Below the pieces are notes generated by a model that was not told where the DNA came from, did no database searches, and saw only the letters and a list, made by a program, of their open reading frames with translations. A DNA stretch of 64,000 nucleotides from Isurus oxyrinchus (lineage: Eukaryota), in assembly GCA_026770705.1 (NCBI GenBank), contig JANJGN010000026.1, forward strand, positions 36,332,001 to 36,396,000. Reading direction: 5' to 3'. The position numbers and the translations under genes are program-made. Each line of letters begins with the position of its first letter. The first letter of the stretch is position 1. Shown here in pieces: positions 49,783 to 63,029 of the stretch.

Positions 49783-49825
49783 GGGGTAAACAGACACACA
49801 GGGTGAAAACAAGGAGGATTCCCAT
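49783..49825 (-). CDS. Leader exon of NAR-like V
   Basis: MGILLVFTLCVCLP plus 1 nt, donor gtgagt. Confidence 0.9.
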
Positions 49826-49848
49826 CGCTCTGCTGCCTGGAGCTGAGG

Positions 49849-49951
49849 GTTTATATGACGGGGAGCTGGAGACTGCAGCCCTAGACTGCACTGGGAGACC
49901 GGACCTCAGAGCTGGACTGAAATATTTTAGGGGGATCGAGTTGATTTGCAC
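49849..49951 (-). promoter_or_regulatory. Putative V promoter
   Basis: CGTCA half-CRE abutting TATAAA about 25 bp upstream of the ATG; octamer-like GTGCAAAT at 49944-49951. Confidence 0.55.
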
Positions 49952-51699
49952 AGGGCGGTTCCGCTGAGATCATTGATTTGCCGCACGGTTCTCGGGTCGC
50001 TGGCTAAGTGTTGTGTGAATAAGCGACAGGTTTATGAGAGGAGGCTGCAATTTTCTGGCTCTACATTTGGATTGTGATCCGGATGTGAAAGCCCCTCCCA
50101 CAATACTCTGGTGTACAGGGGTGGGGGAGGGGAGCTTTTCTTACTGCCAGTTGCGCTGCCGCCTTCCTTTCCCCGCAGTGATGAACTAGGAGGGCGGTGC
50201 ATGTGTTTGTATTGGTGGTGTTTGTTTAAGGTGGAATGTGGGCCCAGGACACCTAGAATCCCCCGGCCCCGCTCTTTTCCCAATATTCCGGAGATTGTTT
50301 AACATCGCCCTGAACGGGCTGGCGGGACCTCAGTTAGACTTCTGATCTGAAGGTCGGCGCCTCAGGTTCGGCACCTTCCCCAGAGCAGCAACTGGGGACA
50401 GGTTATAATATGAAGTAGTCCAGTGACATTACCAATATCCTGGCAGGTCTGCACAACATGCATATAAACTAATTATGGCTGATTAGTTCAATTCGCTGGA
50501 TTGCGAGCTCGTGGTTCGGAATAATGCCAACAGTACGGGTTCTATTCGCATTGTGGCTGAGATAGGCTGGTGACCTGCCTGCGCCTGCGAGTGGAAGGCG
50601 ATGGTAAAGCACCACAAACAAAGCTACCAAGAAAACAGCTCAGGTCGAAGCAACTGCAGAAAATCGGCCATCGGCAGGTCACACCTGAATAAATACAAGG
50701 AACAAACTCCCCTCCTCATTTAACAAATGATTCCCGCACCAGTCCTGCTTTGGGGTACATAGAAAATGATGTTCCATTTCAGCCATGTTTGATTTCCAGG
50801 CTGGGAATATTCAGAATTTCCGTTTGAACGGACACAGATTGAATCGATACTCGGAAGGGCAATGGACTTTGGGGAAACATTGTGCTTGGAGCTTCCTTTA
50901 AAATTCACAGTCACCGCTTTCTGTTCTGAAAATTTTTTTTTTTTCATTCGTTCACGGGATGTGGACTCTGTTGGCTGGGCCAGCATTTATTGCCCATCCC
51001 TAGTTGCCTTGAGAAGGTGGTGGTGAGCTGCCTTCTTGAACCGCTGCAGTCCATGTGGTGTAAGTACACCCACAGTGCTGTTAGGGAGGGAGTTCCAAGA
51101 TTTTGACCCAGAGACAGTGAAGGAACGACGATATATTTCGAAGTCACGACAGTGAGTGACTTGGAGGTGTTCAGAATTATCTCTTACCCAGCAACGTCCA
51201 AATGAACCCTGTGACAAGGAGGAGGTCAAAGTTTTCACAAACCTGACAACAGAGTTAGGGGGAAAGCTGCGCAGCATTGCGGGCAGGGACGAAAAGACCA
51301 TTAAAGGGCGAAAGGGACATTGAAACAGCAGCACATCACAGAAATACGGCCTACAGCACGTCACATAGACATGGCGATGATTTGGCCCACAGTGGAGAAA
51401 AGCACATTTTGTCTGCATGATCGTCCAATTCCTGACAGTATTTTTAATGTAAATCAAAAATGCAGCTTTGAGGCTACTACAGAATTTAAAATAAACATAT
51501 ACATGTGTAGTGCAGTGTAAGTTTATTTAATATAAATACGGATATGGCCTGGAATAGTAGTAACAAAAACATGGCCTAGTGTGATATAAATAGAGACAGG
51601 GGATATTTCAGTAATCACTGAGGCAAGGCCTGGATTAAAACAACTAGAGATGGCGTCGAGTGCAAAAAGGACCTGGTTTAGAGTAGTTAGAACAAAGAC

Positions 51700-53250
51700 A
51701 GGATCTATTGAAATCTAAACAAACTCAAGAGTAGTGTTTTAAGTTCCTCCTTCCAGTTCACCTCTTGATTTTCAAGTATCTTTGGAAAGTTTTCTAAGTG
51801 TTCCACAGTGAAGATAGACACAAAATACCTGTTTAACGCCTCTGCCACTTCCTTGTTTTCTCTTATCAATTCCCCAGGTACACTACCCAGAAGACCAACA
51901 CTAGCTTTAATCACTATTTTATCCTTTAAATACTAGTAGAAACTCTTGCCATCTCTTTTTAATATTACTATCTAGCTTTCTCTCATGACTTTTTCTCTTT
52001 TTTAGTAATTCTTTTCTAGTTCTTAAGATTTGTCCAATCTCCTTACCTACCACTAATCTTTGTATATTTGTACAGTGTTTCTTTAATTTGATACTGTCCT
52101 TAAATTTCTTATTCAGTCACGGATGATGCATCCATCTTCCTTCTTTCTCAATGAGATAAATATTCGCTGAGAGTTATTAAATTTCTCCTTAAAAGCCTGC
52201 CACTGAAACTCAACTGTCCTAACTTTTAACTTAGTTTCCAAATTCACTTCCTCTACATCTGCTTTCATACCCTTATAATTACTTTTATCCAGGTTTACAA
52301 CTTTAGTCTTCGATCCACTTATCTACCCTTTAAACTGACCATGAAATTCTATTGTGCTGTGATCGCTATCACTTAGAGTCTCCTTTACAATGAGGTTATT
52401 GATTAATCCTGTCTTATTGCTCATTACCAGGTCCAAAATAGCCTTCTTCCTGATTGGATCTGGAATGTACTGCATTAAGATATTGTCCTGAATACACTCT
52501 ATGAGCTAATGCTCCAGGCTTCCTCTGCTAATCTGGTTCACCCAAACTGCGTGCAGATTAAAGTCACCCATGAGCATTGCTGTACCTTTCTTGCATGTCC
52601 CATTCTTCATTCCTCTATTTTTAGTCATTTTTTCCTGGTTCTTAAAATTTGAATATTCTTCTGACCTAACACTAATCTTTCCAGATTTGTACAGTATTTC
52701 TTTCAAATTGATGCTATCCTTAACTCCCTTATTCAGCCATAGATGATGCATCCATCTCAAAGAGTCCTTCTTTCTAACTGTGATAATAATTCTGATTCCT
52801 GATTCTACGTGTTGCTTTTTTTTTTGAGCCCAGGTCATCCTTCACCACTGTACCAAGGAGACCTTGAATTAACCGAGCTACTCTACCACCTGTTCCCAGC
52901 TTCCTGTCTTTTCCAAATGGCAAAAACCCTTCAATGTTTAGGTCCCAGCCTTGGTCACCCTGCAACAATGTCTCTGTAGTGGCTCTCGGATCGTTCATAG
53001 TTATTTCTATCCATTTTGTTAGGAATGCTGCTCGCATTCAGATACTCAAACTCTCTCTTTTTACTCTTTCTGGCCTTACCTGCTGGTGCAGCCTTAAATG
53101 TGTACTCTCTGACCCTTCCTGCCACAGGCTGGTTTTCATTACTCAAATAGTTATTCTGCCCTATTATCTCTTTGTTGCCTTTTGATTTGCTACATCTCTC
53201 CTCACATGACCCCTTTCCCCCGGTATTTATTGTAAATTCCTCTCTATCAC
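51700..53250 (-). mobile_element. CR1 LINE endonuclease/linker fragments, rearranged
   Basis: TETLLQGDQGWDLNIEGF...DRKLGTGGRVA, MGDFNLH, ENKEVAEALNRYFVSIFTVE. Confidence 0.8.
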
Positions 53251-55130
53251 CCTGGTTATATGACTCTCCAAGACATTGGATATAGTCACAAGTGAGGCAA
53301 GCTCTAGTTTAATATAAATCGAGGAATTTACACAATGCAGCAATAAATCAGTATTGCTTAATTCTTGAATCACTGGGTACAGCCAGGCACTGGGTTGATG
53401 CACCGAGGGGGGCGTCACTCACCTGTACAGTAAAGTTGCTCAGATTATCTTCTCATTCAATCACATCCATTTTCCTGCACCATAAGTGTATTTGCTTTAT
53501 TTTGACCTGCTGTTTGTTTTTATGTTATCACACTGTTCATTTTACCTGTTTCCCATTATTTTCCCCAGCGTTCATCATCCTTTTCCTCATTAAAATCCAC
53601 AGGATTCGCCAATTCACATGTTCACTGGTGACACCGAGCAGTCCACAGTCTGTATGTGCGCCCCTCAACTTCACTCAGTGTTCGTCTGTTTTCTGCATTC
53701 TTTTTACACAAAGCAGTACTGATCCCTTTACCGCACTTCACGCACCAAGGATCATTCAAATGGGAGAATAGCCAAGATCAACCGTTCACTTCCTGTGTCT
53801 TTATATTTATAGATACATATCCGCATCAATAGCCTTTTGCTGTTCTCCCTCTGTATCACTAGCTATCCTCAGTCTCAGATTTATCTATTTCACTCTTTAT
53901 GCCTTTCTCGACACTCAGTGTATTCAATATTACCTTTATCTATGTCCGTCTGTTAGTGCCTCTCTGCCTACTGAGTACTGAGTACCGAATCTCATCTTTA
54001 TCAAACTCCCTATGTTGGTGTCTCTCTGTCTCGCACTTATTCTCAACTTTATCTACATTCTACATTGCGTAGTTGTCTCAAAGTGTCCAGACAGAAACTG
54101 AGACAATACATGGACGAGATACTAATTCACATACCACAGCTCCTTTGATCAAATCCATAATTGTGAGAGCAGATGGCAATGAATGTATTCACCGTGAGGG
54201 CCTCATTCACCCATCTTCACAAATTACTTGGGTCTTAAATCATTGAGACCAGACAGGAAAATGACTGATTCACTGAGGAGAGTCTCACTCTTCCATACAG
54301 GCAAGGATCTCAGGTCTTTAACTATTGAGACCAGATAGGCACTAAGCTGCTGTATCGACGTCAGTGATTCTGGAGCCGGCGGCGGTGGCGTAAGGAAACA
54401 GCTCACTCACTACCATAGGAATATTGTTGAGGTTTTAATCATTGAGTACATACAGGGGTAGGACTGATCCGCCGTAAGGAAGAAATCACTCGCTTGCAAA
54501 AGTACATTATTCAGGTCTTCCTTACAATAACCGCTTTGCAGAATTCAATAATTTAAACTCACTGTTCCCTTTTTTTGCTTCCTGCCTGGGTGTTTTAAAT
54601 TTATATTTATCTACTTCTTTTCTGCTTTTATTTCTGCTTCTTTTTTCTCCGTCTCCACTACCCCCTTTACAATCTAGAGCTCCCCTATTGCCATTGTGTG
54701 GGAAATTCTGCATGCATTCACGAACATGGCTGGACTTCATGAGGAGCCGGATATGGGCGGTTGGGAATTATTATATAGAACAGGAGTAAATGAGGCCGGA
54801 AGATCTAAATGTATACATTTATGTGTTAATATTGGGGACAGGGGGGTGAGAAGGGACAAAGGTGCACAGAAAAGGCATCAAAGTAAAAGCGGAAGTTAAG
54901 GCGCCAGAGTTGAACTTGGGACTTTATTGTTAGTGCGAATTCAAATCATCCACAAATAAAATTACGCAAGTTAAACTCAAGAGTTGTCTTGAATTTTTGC
55001 TCCTTTAAGCATGCTCCCTCTAAATCTTGCATAGGAGGGTGATAACTTGTCTCTTTTTTTGGCTGAGAATTAACTGAACATCACAATGTGGAATATTGTC
55101 TGGGATTCACTGCATCTCTGCCGCAGGGTG

Positions 55131-55410
55131 GGATTCATGTCACAGAAATACTCGGCAGTGCGGCAGATCAGGGCCTCAGCTCCAATGTACTGATGGTTTC
55201 TATCAAATGTAGAAAAGAATCAGACAATGATGTCGGTCTCCTTGTTTATATTTATACGAATAAGGGTGAATCAGCAGTTATGGATGTTGTCCGGGTTTCT
55301 GAATATACCAGAACATATAATGGTTCAGAAGATTTGTTTTCAAGATGCAGGTCATTGTGATGGCTTTTCACTCTTTGACCAAAGTTTCAGTTCCCGACTC
55401 GGCCTCTGTG
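55131..55410 (-). pseudogene. TCR V-alpha/delta pseudogene
   Basis: ETLVKE*KAITMTCILKTNLLNHYMFWYIQKPGQHP*LLI...TAEYFCDMN, followed by an eroded RSS (CACCCTG...ACAATATTC). Confidence 0.8.
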
Positions 55411-56298
55411 CCTTGTCGCACATAAATATAACGTAAAGTAGCTGGGATAGATGTCACTATTATCGGGATCGTCATCACCATCATCTCAAGCAACATAATC
55501 ATCAACAGCAGCACTTCACAGTTAATAACATCTGGGTTACAGCAGTCAGGGGGAGAACGGACAGTTTTCTGGGAAGGAAATACTAAGAAATGATATAATG
55601 GAGACGAACGGTATGATGCAATTCCTCTTGAGGATGTCTGAGTCTGTAACTCTGCAGTCCGTCAAATCTTCTGTCGGAACTGAAATGTAGATTCCAGCCC
55701 CTGTGCTTCTGATTCAATCAACGCCAAACGGAACAGCGGCAACCATCTCTCCAATAAAACAGGAAATGAAAGAAAGGTCAGAGCGAGAGAAACAAACGGA
55801 ATTTGTGGGCAAGGCAATGATAATTCGCCCAGCAGAAATTATTTACCTTTGCCTCTCTGTACGGACTGCGTTACATTCACATTTATTTCAAATCTATGGC
55901 AAACAGACTAACGACATGAATTAGATATACGGATTAATTTATAGTTACCAATAACTTCATAGTTTAAGTCGCTCAATGCAGGAAGCTGAACCTCTCAGTG
56001 GGGAACACAAAACTGGGCAACCCATCCCAATGTACTGGAGCCAAACTGTTCATTAACACTGAACTAACCTTCTCAATGATGGGTCTGTTAGGAAGAGTTA
56101 CAGTAATGAGCATGTGAGATCAAAAGCATTTCACCTGAAGTAACATTCAAAAAATTGTCTTTCAGTATTGAAATGTAACAGGCGCTGGGAATCCACTGCC
56201 TGATGAGCTACCTGGTAGTTAGTTTAATGACTCTCATTTTAACTGATTTCAGAGAATACGGTCATGGTACAAGTTATGCAGACGCCATTCTCACTAGG

Positions 56299-56432
56299 AC
56301 TCAGCACACAGTTATACATGGCGCTGTCAGGGAGCTGCAGCACAGTCAAGGCGAAATCAGCTATATTATTGGGTGTTTCGAGAATTTTCCAGTTAACCGT
56401 GGAAACAGAATGAACAACAGGAAACAAAATGA
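56299..56432 (-). pseudogene. 3' half of a TCR V, cut by the assembly gap
   Basis: ADFALTVLQLPDSAMYNCVLS, then degenerate CCTAGTG-23-ACCATGACC. Confidence 0.7.
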
Positions 56433-56665
56433 NNNNNNNNNNNNNNNNNNNNNNNNNNNNNNNNNNNNNNNNNNNNNNNNNNNNNNNNNNNNNNNNNNNN
56501 NNNNNNNNNNNNNNNNNNNNNNNNNNNNNNNNNNNNNNNNNNNNNNNNNNNNNNNNNNNNNNNNNNNNNNNNNNNNNNNNNNNNNNNNNNNNNNNNNNNN
56601 NNNNNNNNNNNNNNNNNNNNNNNNNNNNNNNNNNNNNNNNNNNNNNNNNNNNNNNNNNNNNNNNN
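56433..56665. other. Assembly gap (N run)
   Basis: 233 N. Confidence 1.
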
Positions 56666-59184
56666 TAGATCGATAAATTGATAGGTAGATATTCATGTTT
56701 ACTTGGATAGAGCAATGATAGAATGAATGGATAGCTGGATAAATTAATGTTCTTTCTAAGGACCAGTGATTGGATAGATGGATGGATGGATGGATGGACA
56801 GATCGACGGACTGATGGATGGGCCGATCTGAAAAATGCTGTTCCACATTTTCAGCTTTACGATTGATTACCTCATAACTTGCAAGAGGCCCTTTATTCAA
56901 TTTGTATCGGTCTGGCACTTTCAGCCCTTCCTGATTTCCTGGATCATTTCAATCCCTTGGCTGTCGAGAACTGGTGAGCTGAAGGTCACCAAGTGCAATC
57001 TGGAGGTATCCCTGTGGTACTCATGATCCTTCTCCAGAGATGGTGAATCTTGATCTGAAATATAAAACACGTTTTCATGACTGGGATGAGAAAGGAGGAT
57101 TGTAATATTTGCAACGTGCAATTGTTTCAGGTGCAACAAACCACAAGACGGATCCTCGGCCAAATTACTTCAATCACAACAGAAACATAGCAGATCATTG
57201 GATAGTATTTCCCCCCTTTGTATGGTAATTCATTGTCACTGTGACACTGGTGAAGTCGCGCCATTCTAAACAGCACGGGGTGGGGGTGGGGTGGTAGGGT
57301 GGGGGTAGTGGGTGTGCATGAAATGTGACATTTTTCCGGCAATATATTCATTGAAAATCATTGTCACAATGGACTATATCCGATGGATATTGCACATTGT
57401 TGTCTCAAGTTCAAAAGCTTTTAACTCCTTCAGACACACTCCCCAGAAGCTTTCCTTTCAGTGCATTCATGCAGAGAATCGAATCTTCACATGTTGGATG
57501 GGTAAGGTCAGTGCTTCAATGAGATGTGCTCAGGGTCACCGTGCTGGAGATTTCTGGTTACAGTGGACATCAGCCAGACAGAACTGAGCCGTTGAAGTAG
57601 CTTAAGTGATTTGAATCACAGTTTCCAACATCAATACCTGGTCAATGCTCTTTGGAATAATACTAATCCAAACATCTCCTTTTCACACGGTTGCACTTGT
57701 GTTATGAGACTTGTTTAGGGAGGGGGAGATCTGATGTGATGATGTAAAGTCTCCAACAAGAAGTCAATGTGGGAATATTCAATAAATACCTTTCCACACA
57801 AATTTCTGCTCTGAATTTATACCTCGAACCCACTTCCGAATGTTTGAAGGGTTTTTGCAGCCATTCCTGGGATGTGGGCGTCGCTGGATAGGCCAGAATT
57901 TATTGTGCACCCCTAGTTGCTCTTCGAAGGCCGTGGTGAGCTGTCTTCTTGAACTGCTGCGTTCCATGTCATGTAGTTACATCCACAGCATTGTTAGAGA
58001 TGGAGTACCAGGATTTTGACCCTGCAACATTGAAGGAGCGGCGACATATTTCCAAGTCAGGATGGTGAGTGGCTTGGAGGGGAACATCCAGCTGGTGGTG
58101 TTCCCATCTATCTGCGGTCCCTGTCCTTCTAGATGGCAGTCATCGTAGGTTTGGAAGGTGCTGTCTGAGGTGACCTGGTGAATCCCTGCAGTATATCTTG
58201 TGCACACTGCTGTTGCTGTGTATCGGTGGTGGAGGGAGTGAATGTTTGTGGATGGGTGCCAATCAGGCGGACTGCTTTGTCCTGGATGTTAGAAAGCTTC
58301 TTGAGTGTTGTTGGAGCTGCACCAACAATTGCAGCAAAATGAATTATTAATATTGTCATTAATATAACTATTAACATTATATTGGTGAAACATTTTTCGG
58401 TAAACGGCACTAAGTTACTGGGTACATGATTGATCTTTCTTTATTGTGCATTAGGATCTCTCCCACTATTCACGACTATTAAGCTGGTCGCTGCATGCTG
58501 CCATTCATGTTCAATGCATCACTATCAGGAGTAATCCTCTGTGCTATGGCTAACTGAAACGGTGGCAGATGAATGGAGAGACAGTTACAGATACATAGGT
58601 ATTCCCAGGCTGTCATATTGCAAAACAAATGATATTTATCAACATTTTCTGCCTTTGATCGTTTTTAAGAAACTTTAGATGTGTCTCATTGCAATAATGA
58701 TTTGATATATCGATAGTTCCATACCTTCAACTTTCCCATACAACCAATTGCTTGCAACCGAATGATGTCTCCTACCCTATGAAAGACTCTCAACTGATTC
58801 ACCACTCCTAAGCGATTGATGTTTCACAATCTGTCAATGATCGCCTATTGTATAACGATTCAAAGTCCAATGAGTATTCTTCTGTTTAAGGAAATGACCT
58901 AATTTGTCCAGAAATCCTCTCAATGACTGTGAAGTTCAGGCTAACCTTGGTTCTTAGAGTACAATTCACACAATAGCTGAGCTATTCTGTTGTCAGGTTC
59001 AAGGTCACACCCACCGTCAGTGCCTCTGCTCCCGGCGGGACTCTACAATAGGTTTTGGGGTACAGGAGAGGCCCGGATTCACTCTGGTTTAACAATGTAT
59101 CTATATTGAAGGCTGAGCCATTGAATGTCTGGATTTCTATATATTGGTGTCCTCTTGATCTATATATTCATTCATTCACAATGA

Positions 59185-59530
59185 ACCCTGGCTGTCAGCT
59201 TTGGTTCAGTTGGTAGCACTTCCCCGTTTTACATTAAATTGAGGCTGTCTGCCCTCTCAAGTCGATGTAAAAGATCCCATAGTACTATCCTGGCTGGAAG
59301 TGCAGGGGAGTTGTCCCAGGTTTCTTAGCAAATATTTAGCAACCAATAAACATGACAAAATATTAACTGGTCATTATCGCACTGCTGCTTTTGGGAGCTT
59401 GCTGTGCGCAAATTGGCTGCTGCCCTTCCGACAAGACAACAGTGAATACATTTCAGAAGTGCGTTTTTGGCTGTAAAACACTCAGAGATGTCCGGTGATG
59501 GTGAAAAGCGCTATAATACATTTTTCCTTT
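59185..59530 (+). mobile_element. tRNA-headed SINE with Deu-domain-like core (DeuSINE/SacSINE1-like)
   Basis: Box-A-like head ttggttcagttggtagc, core gggagcttgctgtgcgcaaattggctgc, tail aaagcgctataa. Confidence 0.65.
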
Positions 59531-60779
59531 TTCTCCTTTTTTGAACTCTAGGTGTAAAATGAAAAGTGTTGGATTGAGGCAGGGAATCATAGCCTTCTAG
59601 GATGCGTTTACACACCAGGCTGGGAAGAAGGTCATTCAGCCACTCAGGACTGTACCAGCATTAAAAGAAACTATCGAATTTATCTCATGCACTCTCACCC
59701 CCACCCTCCACCCACCCCATGCTGTTCCTCCATAGCCCTGCATTTTATTTCATTAGGGACCATGTCTCTGCTGATAATGGATTACATCCTGTCCAGTTGC
59801 CCCACTTACATTACTCTAGAGCATGACACCATTTAAATTATGTAAAACTGTTTTTCAACTACTACTTCAAAAGGTGATACCCAAGGATCTGAAAGAGGTT
59901 AGGACGGAAATGATGAACGTAAGAGGGTAAAAAGGAATAACGTGGCAACATAAATAGGGGGAAACTTGCTGGAGATCAGCAAGTGTTTCATTCCTTTCCA
60001 AGCAAGGGGAATAATACATCAGGATTTTAAGACGAAGTAAGTTCAGGTCAGATATAGGTAGATTTATTTTTTGCAATCAGTTGCCCGAATTATCACACTC
60101 TTGACGTTTATATCAGGAGTTTCTGTTTAATGCTGAGCTGATCACATAACAACGAAACGCAAAGAATAATTGGAATAATTTAGCCCCAGTTCAAACTGAA
60201 TATTGGGGACATGGGTGCTTTCTTCTGATGGAATGCTCAATGTCTTCTCAATCAATGTTAACGACATTAAATGAACAGCAATTACGTTTCGCATAAAATA
60301 AAATCTTGAACATAATGTGTGAAAATAATTATTTATCTTGGTGGATATAATTTGTAAACAGCATGATTTGTTGATACACATGTACACACGCCAATACGCA
60401 GACACACACAGACACGCACACACAGACACGTAGACACATGCACATACAAACACACATTTCAACTTGAGACCCTACCTTGGCTCCCTCGGAGGCTCTGTAG
60501 CATCTGAAGAAACTGCAAAAATCACCAACATCATATTTCAGGTGGTACAATGATCCAATAATATCTATCCACGTCGCATATGTTGAGTTGGACATTAAAA
60601 CGCCCATGGCCCCAACACTGTGCCCTGGTCCACATTGCTCGCTTCCACCAAGACCATCAAGAATTAATTAATAGGATTGAGACACTTTGCTCTTTTCCTG
60701 ACCTAAGAGTGCGTAAATCAGCCACGTTAATCAACAATAGTTGCACCTTAAATATTGGAACTTTCCACAGGAGTTAATG

Positions 60780-62100
60780 AGCTGATACATCAGTAGAAGT
60801 GGTTTCTTGACACATTAAGCCAGCATGGACTGGTAAAGGTCAAATCATGTTTAACTAACTTGCTTGAGTTTTTTTCTTGACACAGCAGGTGTCACACAGG
60901 TGGATGAGTCCAATGCTGTTGACATGGTTTATATGGACTTCCAAATGTAATTTGATGAAGTGCCGCACAACAGGCTTGTGAGTAAAACTGGGGCTCACTG
61001 GAATAAAATGGACAGTAGCATCATGGATAGGGAATTATCTGAGTGCCAGGGAACAACGAGTAGTTTTGAACGGTTGATATTCAGACTCGGGGAAGGATTA
61101 CAATGAAGTACCCCAGGGATCAGTGCTAGGATGCCTGCTTTTCATGATATTTATTAATGAACTGGGCCTTGGTGTACAGGACACAATTTCAAAATATACA
61201 GATGATGCGAAATGTGGACACATTGCGGGCGATGAGGAGGATAGTGGAGGATCTCAAAAAGACATAGAGAGGTTGGTGAAGAGGGCGGACAAGTGACAAA
61301 TGAAATTTAAGGCAGAGAATATGAGAAGTGGTTCATTTTGGTGGGAAAAACGCAGAGAGACAATATAAAAGAAAGAGTACGAATCCAAAGAGGCTGCAGG
61401 AGCAGAGGCTGTTTATATGTATAAATCATTGAAGGTGGCAGGACAAGTAGAAAGAGGGGTTAATAAAGCATACATCATCCTGGATTTTATCAATAGGGGA
61501 AAAGAGGGTAAAAGCACGGAGGTTATGTTAAACTTGTGTGGCACACTGGTTAGGCGTCAACTGGAGAATTACATCCAATTGTGAGCTTTAGGAAGAATTT
61601 GAAGGCATGAGAGAGGGCACAGATTTATGGAAAATGTTCCAGGGATAAGGAGCTCCAGTTATGTATAAAGAGTGGAGAAGTTGGCTTTAATCTCCTTGGT
61701 GAAGAGAAAGTGTAGAGGAGATTTGATATGGGGTACTAAAAACCATGAGTGGTCTGGACAGGCTAGATAGGAGGGATTGTTCCCATTGGTGAAAGGATCA
61801 AAAACCAGTGGGCACAGGTTTACAGTAACCTGGAGAAGAAGCAGTGGAGAAGCAAGGGAAAAAACCGTCTTCACACAGTGAGTGGTAAGGATCTGGAATG
61901 CATTGCTTGACAGTGTGGTGTAGTGAGGGACATTTGATGTTTTCAAATGGAAATTGTATCATTACCTGAAAAGGGGGAAAAAATGCTGGAGTACGGGAAA
62001 ATCAGTGCCACTAGGACAATTGCTGCTTCAGAGTTCAGCACGGACAGGACCAGCAGAAAGGTATCCTTCTGTGCTGTAAGAATTCAACGATTCTATCATT
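60780..62100 (+). mobile_element. CR1 LINE RT to 3' end
   Basis: KGQIMFN..LEFF, VYMDFQ, VPQGSVLG, ISKYTDD. Confidence 0.85.
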
Positions 62101-62371
62101 AATATCAGAAGCAGCAATTGAAATCCACATTTTCACAGCATCAACAGTAGCAGAGTCTGTCCAGTGGATGGCAGTGAAACAGTGAAGACTGACACGATAT
62201 GAGCCACGCACACTGTCTCAGTCATTTCTGTTAAACCTGACCCTCTGTCTGTATATATTACACAAAGTCATGTCTCTGATCATTTTACAACAGGTTGTGT
62301 CTCAGTTGTTTCTGTAATAGGCCCAATCTCAGTTGTTAATGTACTGGACAAAGGCCATATTACACTAGACA

Positions 62372-63020
62372 TTAGAGTCATAGAGGTCTACAGTACAGAA
62401 AAAGGCCCTTCGGCCCAAGAAGTCTGCACCGGTCAGACAAGTACCTAACTATTCTAATCCCATATTCCAGCACTAGGCCCAGAGACATGTATGCCACGGC
62501 ATCGCAAGCGCACATCCAAATGCTTCTTAAATGTTATGAGGGTTTCTGCCTCTACCACCCTTTCAGGCAGTGAGTTCCAGATTCCCACCACCCTCTGGGC
62601 AAAAGAAATATTCCTCGCATCTCCTCTAAGCCTCCTGCCCCTTAACTTAAATCTATGCCCCCAGGTTATTGATTCCTCCACCAAAGGGAAAAGTTCCTTC
62701 CTGCTGACCCTATCTATGCCCCTCATAATTTTATACACCGCAGTCTTGTCCCCCCTCAATCTCCTCTGCCTCAGGGAAAATAACCCCAGTTTATCCAGCC
62801 CTTCCTCACAACTAAAACTCTCCAGCCCAGGCAACACCCTGGTAAATCTCCTCTGCACTGTCTCTTGTGCAATCACACCCTTCCTATCATTCGGATTCCA
62901 GAACTGCACGCAATATTCTAACTGTGAACTAACTAGCGTTTCATACAGTTCCAGCATAAGCTCCCTGCTCTCACATTCTATGCCTTGGCTAATAAAGGCA
63001 AGTGTCCCATGTGCCTTTTT
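62372..63020 (-). mobile_element. CR1 LINE 3' end, relatively young, inserted in the 27-bp minisatellite
   Basis: LYETLVSSQLEYCVQFWNP...VQRRFTRVLPGL...FAQRVVGIWNSLP. Confidence 0.9.
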
Positions 63021-63029
63021 ATAAATATA

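Noticed and set aside
50476-50560. tRNA gene
   Set aside because: Only degenerate A/B-box-like motifs with no cloverleaf; probably a SINE head.
56203-56918. Long ORFs of 157-185 aa
   Set aside because: Artefacts of reading through the N gap.
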